From Balanoglossus misakiensis (Eukaryota; Animalia; Hemichordata), in contig CM082586.2 in assembly GCA_040954595.2 (NCBI GenBank), positions 12,121,337 through 12,185,336 of the forward strand: 64,000 bases of DNA. The letters are read 5' to 3'. Shown here piece by piece: positions 32,301-40,327 of the stretch (positions are counted from its first letter, which is position 1; each line of letters starts with the position of its first letter). Below the pieces are notes generated by a model, which saw only the letters and a list, made by a program, of their open reading frames with translations, did no database searches and was not told where the DNA came from. The translations under genes and the position numbers were made by a program.

Positions 32301-33847
32301 GATATGTTTTACTAAAAAGACTAATGTATAGGTTCAAGGCTTTGTTTTGGAATAACGAATTCTCTACAAGATTTAAGTGGAACAGTCACAAAATGAAAAC
32401 AAATATGGAAAGCGTTATGCCGGAATGTTGTAAGGGATAGATTAATAATGCAAATAATTTAATTTCTTACATCATCAATGAAATTCAAAGAATGGTCAAA
32501 TAACGGGCCATGTTTTACTAAAAAGATGTATGTATAGTTTCAAGGCTTTGTTTTGGAATAAAAAAATTCTCTACAAGATTTAAGTGCAACAGTCACAGAA
32601 TGAAAACAAATATGGAAAGCGTTATGCCGGAATGTTGTAAGGGATAGATTAATATTGCAAACAATTTAATTTCTTACATCATAAAGGGAATTCAAAGAAT
32701 GGTCACATAACGGGCCATGTTTTACTAAATAAGACTTATGTATAGTTTTAAGGCTTTGTTTTGGAATAACGAATTCTCTCCAAGATTTAAGTTGAACAGT
32801 TACAGAATGAAAACAAATATTCAAATAGTTATGCTGGAATGTTGTAACGGATAGATTAATATTGCAAATAATTTAATTTCTTACATCATAAATGAAATTC
32901 AAAGAATGGTCAAATAACAGGCTATGTTTTACTAAAAAGACTTATGTATAGTTTCAAGGCTTTGTTTTGGAATAACGAATTCTCTACAAGATTTAAGTGG
33001 AACAGTCACAAAATGAAAACAAATATGAAAACAGTTATGTCGGAATGTTGTAAGGGATAGATTAATATTGCAAATAATTTAATTTCTTACATCATAAATG
33101 GAATTCAAAGAATGGTCACATAACGGGCCATGTTTTACTAAAAAGACTTATGTTATAGTTTCAAGGCTTTGTGTTGGAATAACAAATTCTCTCCAAGATT
33201 TAAGTGAAACAGTCACAGAATGAAAACAAATATGGAAAGCGTTATGCCGGAATGTTGTAAGGTATAGATTAATATTGCAAATAATTTAATTTCTTAAGTC
33301 ATAAATGTTATTCAAAGAATGGTCACATAACGGGCCATGTTTTACTAAAAATACATGTATAGTTTCAAGGGTTTGTGTTGAAATACCGAATTCTCTCAAA
33401 GATTTAAGTGGAACAGTCACAGAATGAAAACAAATATGGAAAGCGTTATGCCAGATTGTTGTAAGGAATAGATTAATATTGCAAATAATTTAATTTCTTA
33501 CATCATAAAATGAATTCAAAGAATGGTCACATAACAGGATATGTTTTACTAAAAAGACTTATGCATAGTTTCAAGGCTTTGTTGTGGAATAACGAATTCT
33601 CTACAAGATTTAAGTGGAACAGTCACAAAATGAAAACAAATATGGAAAGTGTTATGCCGGAATGTTGTAAGTGATACATTAATATTGCAAATAATTTAAT
33701 TTTTTACATCATAATTTATTTTCTTACATCATAAATGGAATTCAAGGTATGGTCACATAACGGGCCATGTTTTACTAAAAAGACTTATGTATAGTTTCAA
33801 GGCTTTGTTTGTTCTCTCCAAGATTTAAGTGGAACAGTTACAGAATG

Positions 33848-34440
33848 AGTAGAAGCTATGTGAAAGGTAACTTGACAAAGGTAAGTTTGCAGCTACAATC
33901 TCCACTTATAAACAATGACCATGGGGAAATGTAGCATACTAAAATAGCAGAATCCGTGGACTTTTGCATGCATCCTGTGCCATATACCGGTACAGACGGT
34001 ATTTTCATGAGTGATGCAGTGTATTCTGTGCCAGTCATGATTTCACTTGTTCATTAGTGAAAATAACTTCAGTACAGCACAGATCACACACATAGAGTTC
34101 TGCTATTATTGCATATGTTCCCTCAGATTTCACAAAAATTAATGTGCAAGAATCTATCATATACACCTGACTCTATTCAATAAAAAAATTTGTGAGTGTG
34201 TTGATAATTTTCACACATTTGAATAATAGATAGTAATGAAATATTTTTACAGCTGCAAGCTGGCATGGCACATGTGAAGCATCCATAGAGGAGGAAACAG
34301 CCAACAATGACATGGACAGGTAATGTCACAACTCCATTGTGTCACAAGGTTGAACACGCAGTGTTTTACAATGCTGTTCATTTATCACTTTCACTTTAAA
34401 CAGCTACTGTAAACTTATTAAAACCATGGTTTATGAGATA
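33848..34440 (+). repeat. Macro-repeat unit, copy A remnant (3' exons of the transposase-like gene)
   Basis: Closely matches 45621-46227 (AGTAGAAGCTAT...AAACCATGGTTTATG). Confidence 0.93.
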
Positions 34441-34495
34441 CGGTGGACCATGATATACTCCTTCACAGACTTCAATTCCATTTTGGCATCACTGG

Positions 34496-34613
34496 TGTTA
34501 CGATATATGACTGATATAGCAGTGAGATATGCTAATTACTACTGTTAACCTTTGACCCCTACTCCAGTGTAAGCCGCCATCTTGAGCTACAATAAAATCC
34601 ACTACACGAGACA
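34496..34613 (+). repeat. Gypsy 5' LTR (118 bp)
   Basis: TGTTACG...CGAGACA; contains AATAAA and GCCGCCATCTTG; identical to 39182-39299. Confidence 0.97.
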
Positions 34614-34628
34614 TGGTGTCAGAAGTGG
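34614..34628 (+). promoter_or_regulatory. Primer-binding site, tRNA-Leu type
   Basis: TGGTGTCAGAAGTGG directly after the 5' LTR; complementary to the 3' end (CCACUUCUGACACCA) typical of metazoan tRNA-Leu(CAA). Confidence 0.85.
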
Positions 34629-34808
34629 TCGATTTGGTGTAATTTCAAGCCACTAAATCGCAACCGAACGATAACTCACGAAGCCTAACGACACAGCGGA
34701 GCGTTTCAGAAGACTCCATCGTTAGTAAGTGAAACGAATAGTGATAAAATACGAATCACTGCATCGACTGAAAAGCCAGACAGTCACGTGCGCATTGAAT
34801 GAACAAAC

Positions 34809-36602
34809 ATGGCGACGAGCAATTTTCCCGTTCCGGCAGCCATGGACATGAAAGGCGATCTCGTACAGAATTGGTCTTTCTTCAGATCACAGTGGGAAGA
34901 CTACGAAGTCGCAACAGCTCTGGAAACCAAAGGTGATGAGATCAGAGTTGCCACACTACGTTCTGTACTGGGAAAAGACTGCCTGAGAGTATACAAACAC
35001 CTCGATATGACGGAGGACGACAAAAAGAAGGTCAAACCAATTTTAGATGCGCTAGAGAAACATTTTGAGCCAACAAGAAACGTGATCTACGAACGGTATG
35101 TATTCAATACCAGCGATCAGGATGCTACTGAAACCATTGAACAATATGTCACCAGATTACGGCAACTGGCTGACACTTGCAAATTTGAAGCCCTAAAAGA
35201 TGACCTGATCAGAGATAGAATAGTACTGGGTACAAAAGATAATGCTGCACGAGCCAGAATGCTGAGAGAGTCCAAGCTGACCTTGAACCTAGCCATAGAA
35301 ATGTGTCGCAGCAGTGAAGCCACACAAATGCAGCTGAAACGAATCAGTACCAATACAGAAGTTCAAGCAATAAACTTCTCATCCAAAACAAGACAGCAAT
35401 ACAAAAGAAAACCGAACTCATACAAGCGTGACAGCACACAAACAGAACAGAAAGAGAAAAAAGAGCCAAGAAAATGCAGATACTGTGGAGGAAAACACAT
35501 CATAGACAAAACTCTGTGTCCTGCATATGGTGAAACATGTAAACTGTGTAAGAAGAAAAACCATTATGCAAGAGTTTGCAAACTGAAGCAACACGACCGA
35601 GCCAATCGTGATGGACAGAGGAGAAAAGTCCACATGATAGATGAGCAAGACGAATACTCATCAGATGAATCAGCCCTACACATCCAGCATTATGTGGGAT
35701 CAGTCAAGTCTACCGGAAAACAGTGGTTTGTGAAACTAAACCTGACTGCCGATGGTGGTGACAGATACCCACTAGATTGTCAACTGGATAGTGGTGCAAC
35801 ATGCAATATGATCAGCTATAGAGATTATTGCAGAATTACACAGGATGGTGATCCACCCCTACAGCCAAGCAAAGTGAAACTGAGACTGTACGGTGACACA
35901 ACCATGTATCCAAAGGGACAGTGCAACCTGAAATGCAAATACAGAGGTCACATGTATAACTTGACATTCCAAGTAGTGGACACAACACAGAAACCACTAT
36001 TGTCAGCAGAAACATGTGAGATGTTGAAACTCCTCACTGTCAATGTCAAGCAGCCAGTGAATACGGTCACAGCCACTGAACCGAAGCAAATGGATACACA
36101 GCAGCAACCACATGGCAGAGAAATGCTGACTGAAGAGCAAATACTCACAGAATATTCTGATGTTTTCCATGGTCTTGGATGTCTGCCAGGTGAATATCAC
36201 TTTGAAATTGACAAGACTGTGAAACCTGTAAAGCATCAACCACGGAAAGTTCCAGTTCCGATGAGAGCCGAACTGAAAGCAAAGCTGGAATCCCTAGAGA
36301 AACAAGGAGTGATAACCAAAGTTAGCACCCCTACCGACTGGATCAGCAGTATGGTCGCAGTCAAGAAACCTGGTAAACTACGTGTCTGCTTAGACCCCAG
36401 CGATCTGAACAAAGCGCTGAAGCGACCACATTACCCTATGCCTACGATAGAGGAAATACTGCCAAAGCTCACAAATGCCAAACTGTTTACAGTCCTGGAT
36501 GCCAAGGATGGCTTCTGGCAGGTCAAATTAGATGAAGAAAGCAGCTATTTGACCACCTTTCGGACGCTACCGCTGGCTACGGATGCCATTTGGAATCAAT
36601 AG
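34809..36602 (+). CDS. gag-pol: Gypsy Gag-protease-RT N-terminal part (frameshifted near 36560)
   Basis: Zinc-knuckle region CRYCGGKH...C and CKLCKKKNHYARVC; protease LDSGA; RT motifs KLRVCLDP and LDAKDGFWQV. Confidence 0.92.
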   Translation: MATSNFPVPAAMDMKGDLVQNWSFFRSQWEDYEVATALETKGDEIRVATLRSVLGKDCLRVYKHLDMTEDDKKKVKPILDALEKHFEPTRNVIYERYVFNTSDQDATETIEQYVTRLRQLADTCKFEALKDDLIRDRIVLGTKDNAARARMLRESKLTLNLAIEMCRSSEATQMQLKRISTNTEVQAINFSSKTRQQYKRKPNSYKRDSTQTEQKEKKEPRKCRYCGGKHIIDKTLCPAYGETCKLCKKKNHYARVCKLKQHDRANRDGQRRKVHMIDEQDEYSSDESALHIQHYVGSVKSTGKQWFVKLNLTADGGDRYPLDCQLDSGATCNMISYRDYCRITQDGDPPLQPSKVKLRLYGDTTMYPKGQCNLKCKYRGHMYNLTFQVVDTTQKPLLSAETCEMLKLLTVNVKQPVNTVTATEPKQMDTQQQPHGREMLTEEQILTEYSDVFHGLGCLPGEYHFEIDKTVKPVKHQPRKVPVPMRAELKAKLESLEKQGVITKVSTPTDWISSMVAVKKPGKLRVCLDPSDLNKALKRPHYPMPTIEEILPKLTNAKLFTVLDAKDGFWQVKLDEESSYLTTFRTLPLATDAIWNQ

Positions 36603-38976
36603 CGCCCCTGAAGAGTTCCAAAGGAGACAACATGAAGTACTTGAAGCACTGCCAGGCGTAGAAGTGATAGTTGATGACATACTAGTGTATGGCAGTGGCG
36701 ATACAATGGAAGCAGCTGAGAGAGATCATGACCAGAACCTGATAGGAGTGCTGAATCGTGCCAGGAAAGTGAATCTGAAGCTGAATAAAAGGAAGCTGAA
36801 ACTCAGACTCACATCTGTACCGTACATGGGACATCTGCTGACCACAGAAGGTTTGAAACCGGATCCAGAAAAAGTCCGAGCAATACTTGAGATGGAAAAC
36901 CCCAAAGATGTACAAGGCGTACAGCGATTTGTGGGATTCGTCAATTATCTCACAAAATTCCTGCCACACCTGTCTGAAGTGTGCGAGCCCCTTCGTAGAC
37001 TTACAGACAAAGAAGCAATGTGGTCATGGCAACCACATCATGACGAAGCAGTAGCACAGGTGAAGCAACTTGTCACTAATTCCCCGGTGCTCAGATACTA
37101 TGACGTCAGAGAAGAAGCAACAATCCAATGTGATGCAAGTGAGACTGGACTCGGCGCAGTACTACTACAGAATGGACAGCCTGTCGCGTTCTCGTCCAGG
37201 TCCCTCACGCAGACGGAACAACGCTATGCACAAATTGAAAAGGAGTGCCTAGCAATCGTCTTCGCTTGCGAGAAGTTTGATCAATACATATTGGGACGTG
37301 ATCTTGTCACAGTAGACTCAGACCACAAACCCCTAGAGATCATCTTCAGAAAACCCTTGCTGTCCGCACCGAAAAGACTACAACGAATGTTGCTGAGATT
37401 GCAGAAGTACAACATAGAAGTGCACTACAAACGAGGAAAGGAGATGTATATCGCAGATTTCCTATCTCGAGCATCGCTGCCACCCAGACAAATACAGAGT
37501 GATACACCGCAGTACGCGATCTTCAACATCAAAGAAGAATCGAAGCTGAGGACTGAGATAGAAAACATCAATGCAGCAGATTACCTGAATGTAACAGATC
37601 AACGAATGCAACAGATACAGCGTCACACTCAGCAGGATGAGGCCCTTCAAGTCCTGAAATCCACTACACTTGTTGGATGGCCTGAGCTGAAGGAGGAAGT
37701 ACCATACGCCATCAGGGAATACTGGCAATACAGAGATGAGATTACTGTGCAAAATGGTGTTCTATACAGAGGTTCCCGTGTCATCATTCCCAAAGCAATG
37801 CGTCCAGAGATGCTAGCCAGAGTGCATTCAAGCCACTTAGGTGTTGGTTCGTGTCTATGCAAAGCCCGAGACACTATCTACTGGCCACACATGAATGATG
37901 AAATACGTGACACCATCAGTCACTGCAGCACCTGCAATGAATACGCACAACAGAACCAGCAGAAAGAAACACTCATGACTCATGAAATACCAGATAAACC
38001 TTGGAGCAGAATAGCAATGGATCTATTCACATATCATGGCGACAACTACCTTGTCATGGTTGACTACTATTCTGACTTTTGGGAAATGGACCACGTAACA
38101 AGTACCACAGCAGAAACCATCGTCAATTGCTGTAAAGCCCAATTCAGTCGACATGGAATACCAGAAGTTGTCATGTCCGACAATGGTCCACAATTTGATT
38201 GTGCCGAATTCAGAAGTTTTGCCAACGACTGGGAATTTCTACATGTTACATCATCGCCGTACCATAGCCAGTCCAATGGTAAAATTGAGGCAGCAGTCAA
38301 AATTGCGAAACGACTCATCAAGAAAGCACGCAGAGATGGCAACGACCCCTGGAAAGCAGTCCTTGATTGGAGAAATACCCCAACGGAAGGAATGCAGAGC
38401 AGTCCAGTACAACGACTCATGTCACGTCGCACTCGTACATCACTGCCCACTGCAAACCGTCTACTCATACCCAAAGTAGTAGAAGGAGTCACAGACGAGA
38501 TAAAACACCGCAGGAAGAAATCCAAATTGTACTACGACCAACGAGCGAAGGATCTTCCAGACCTACATATTGGCCAAACAGTTCGGATGAAGCCACTACC
38601 GACAGACAGAGAGCAGAAATGGCGTATAGGAACCTGTTTAGATCAAGTCGCTCCACGCTCATACAATGTCAACGTCGATGGTCGAGTATATCGTCGTAAC
38701 CGTACATTTCTTCGAGCCACAAAGGAACACATGCCACCACCGATGGAGAGTGAGATCATACATGCAGATTCTACAAGTGCCAGCATGAAGCCTGATACTA
38801 CAGTTTGTGATATGCCATCACCAGCCCGTGATCCAGTATCAGTCCGTGTGAAACAAACAACTGACAAACCTAGTGTAGATAGACATCACACAGACGTACC
38901 ATCATCATCTACTCGACACAGACGCACTAGAGTAGTCAGCACACCCACACGCTTCAAAGATTTTGTGTTGAAATGA
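36583..38976 (+). CDS. pol: Gypsy Pol C-terminal part: RT, RNase H, integrase
   Basis: MPFGI..APEEFQ and IVDDILV (RT); QCDAS, YAQIEKE, DHKPL (RNase H); HSSHLG..CSTC, DLF, SDNGPQF, SNGKIE (integrase). Confidence 0.95.
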   Translation: MPFGINSAPEEFQRRQHEVLEALPGVEVIVDDILVYGSGDTMEAAERDHDQNLIGVLNRARKVNLKLNKRKLKLRLTSVPYMGHLLTTEGLKPDPEKVRAILEMENPKDVQGVQRFVGFVNYLTKFLPHLSEVCEPLRRLTDKEAMWSWQPHHDEAVAQVKQLVTNSPVLRYYDVREEATIQCDASETGLGAVLLQNGQPVAFSSRSLTQTEQRYAQIEKECLAIVFACEKFDQYILGRDLVTVDSDHKPLEIIFRKPLLSAPKRLQRMLLRLQKYNIEVHYKRGKEMYIADFLSRASLPPRQIQSDTPQYAIFNIKEESKLRTEIENINAADYLNVTDQRMQQIQRHTQQDEALQVLKSTTLVGWPELKEEVPYAIREYWQYRDEITVQNGVLYRGSRVIIPKAMRPEMLARVHSSHLGVGSCLCKARDTIYWPHMNDEIRDTISHCSTCNEYAQQNQQKETLMTHEIPDKPWSRIAMDLFTYHGDNYLVMVDYYSDFWEMDHVTSTTAETIVNCCKAQFSRHGIPEVVMSDNGPQFDCAEFRSFANDWEFLHVTSSPYHSQSNGKIEAAVKIAKRLIKKARRDGNDPWKAVLDWRNTPTEGMQSSPVQRLMSRRTRTSLPTANRLLIPKVVEGVTDEIKHRRKKSKLYYDQRAKDLPDLHIGQTVRMKPLPTDREQKWRIGTCLDQVAPRSYNVNVDGRVYRRNRTFLRATKEHMPPPMESEIIHADSTSASMKPDTTVCDMPSPARDPVSVRVKQTTDKPSVDRHHTDVPSSSTRHRRTRVVSTPTRFKDFVLK

Positions 38977-39170
38977 CTGCATAGTTGAGTTGCACAGTTT
39001 CATTGTGAATTGAGATTCGGACAATGTTTCAAACTTATCTTGTTGAAAGACACTGAACTCATGAACATTGACTCATGAACTGACACTGACAATGTGTTGC
39101 AGAGTTATTCGATTTGCTGTTTTATTGTTCCAGAAAATTGTTGATGTTCGTGTTCTTTTCAATTTTTTAT

Positions 39171-39181
39171 GAAAAGGGGGA
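39171..39181 (+). promoter_or_regulatory. Gypsy polypurine tract
   Basis: GAAAAGGGGGA immediately before the 3' LTR. Confidence 0.9.
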
Positions 39182-39299
39182 TGTTACGATATATGACTGA
39201 TATAGCAGTGAGATATGCTAATTACTACTGTTAACCTTTGACCCCTACTCCAGTGTAAGCCGCCATCTTGAGCTACAATAAAATCCACTACACGAGACA
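39182..39299 (+). repeat. Gypsy 3' LTR (118 bp)
   Basis: Identical to the 5' LTR; followed by TSD ACTGG. Confidence 0.97.
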
Positions 39300-39919
39300 A
39301 CTGGTAAAGCTTAGCTTTATCATGGTTCAGATCCTATCTCAGCAATCGTAATCAGTGTGTAAAGATCGGTTCATTTACATCATCCAGTTCAAATATGACA
39401 TATGGCGTACCCCAAGGTCCTGTTTTGGGACCGATTCTCTTCACACTGTATACAGCGCCTCTTGAAGACATCATTGTCAAGCATGACTTCAATTTTTTTA
39501 CATTCCATATTTCTATATCGTAAGATCATATCTGCTTGCAATGTCACCTGTAATTTTTATTCTGGTGTGTCACTGTTTCTGCATAATCCTCAAATGGGAC
39601 CACAGTGTCCTTGATGCTATTTTTTTGTTTTGTGGAGGGGTAAACACAAGTCCTTTCAAAGATAATACACTGAATCAAACAGCCACTCGTTTTGTAAATA
39701 CTACATGTAATCATGTACCCTAGAGAAAAATTTTGCTGGTTTGTCTAGTGTACCAGGGCAGAATGCTTGCCACCCCAACCCCACTGATGATAATATTTAA
39801 CAAAGTAATACATAAAAGAGAATAATCGTTTAAACCATTTCGCATAACTGATAGTTTCATGCTCCATCTTTTATATGCTGGAAGCTTTATAAATGATGTC
39901 ATGATGAAGATGACGCCAA

Positions 39920-40210
39920 ATCTTCTTACTTTGAGTGGAATTTCAAAATGAAAAATTGGTCCTCCCAAATATTGAGATGAATTTGCTTTTGAGTTCATAA
40001 AAATGCAACTTTGAGCTACATATTTTACAAAATTTTCTTATGTGGGACCATGTGTACCATGTCAGACTTATTCCCACCCCACCCCTATTCTTACTTTGAG
40101 TGGAGTGGCGAAATCAAAATTTGTCCTGCCTAACATTGAGTTAGTTTGCTTTTGAGTTCATTAAAATGCAACTTTGAGCACCGTATTTTACAAAATTTTC
40201 TTATGTGGGA
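39920..40210. repeat. ~168-bp direct duplication within the macro-unit (also at ~54530-54820)
   Basis: TTCTTACTTTGAGTGGA...TTTGCTTTTGAGTTCAT.AAAATGCAACTTTGAGC...TTTTACAAAATTTTCTTATGTGGG occurs twice, starting near 39921 and 40088. Confidence 0.75.
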
Positions 40211-40327
40211 GGGGAACATCCCTCCCACGCACACCCCCGCCACTTTTCTTGTTTTAACAATTCTAGCAAGTATTGTATTGACTTGTCATTTTATTTTGTT
40301 CATAGATTTCTTTATTGCAACGATATT

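Larger units (their letters stand above)
1..33847. repeat. AT-rich satellite array, ~206-bp monomer (186/205/206/207/209-bp classes), ~165-170 copies, extends beyond the left edge of the window
   Basis: AAGAGTTATG recurs at 1, 207, 414 and 600. The monomer repeats continuously until ...CAGAATG at 33847. Most monomers carry two GAATTC sites (e.g. 72 and 154). Confidence 0.99.
34496..39299 (+). mobile_element. Ty3/Gypsy LTR retrotransposon (Mag-like), structurally complete, 4.8 kb
   Basis: Identical 118-bp TG...CA LTRs, 5-bp TSD ACTGG (34491-34495 and 39300-39304), PBS, PPT, domain order gag-PR-RT-RH-IN. Confidence 0.97.
34437..39495 (+). pseudogene. ~250-bp internal L2/CR1-type LINE reverse-transcriptase fragment (34437-34495 + 39305-39495), split by the Gypsy insertion
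   Basis: Joined halves, after removing a duplicated AGCTT, read DTVDHDILLHRLQFHFGITGKALSWFRSYLSNRNQCVKIGSFTSSSSNMTYGVPQGPVLGPILFTLYTAPLEDII. This matches the AFDTVDH...WF.SYL..R.Q...GVPQGSVLGP signature of CR1/L2 RTs. Confidence 0.88.

Noticed and set aside
1-33847. CRISPR-like repeat-spacer array
   Set aside because: The whole monomer repeats, with no unique spacers and no cas genes; the context is eukaryotic.
1-33847. Calling the satellite centromeric
   Set aside because: No recognisable CENP-B box and the array may be small; this needs CENP-A data.
33856-34038. Repeated short ORFs (also 45629-45811, 39720-39998/54328-54606, 47148-47564/53311-53796)
   Set aside because: Their recurrence is explained by DNA duplication (macro-unit or LTRs); no recognisable domains.
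35117-38867. Antisense and overlapping ORFs within the Gypsy, BEL and LINE coding regions
   Set aside because: Shadow ORFs of long coding sequences with no independent motifs.
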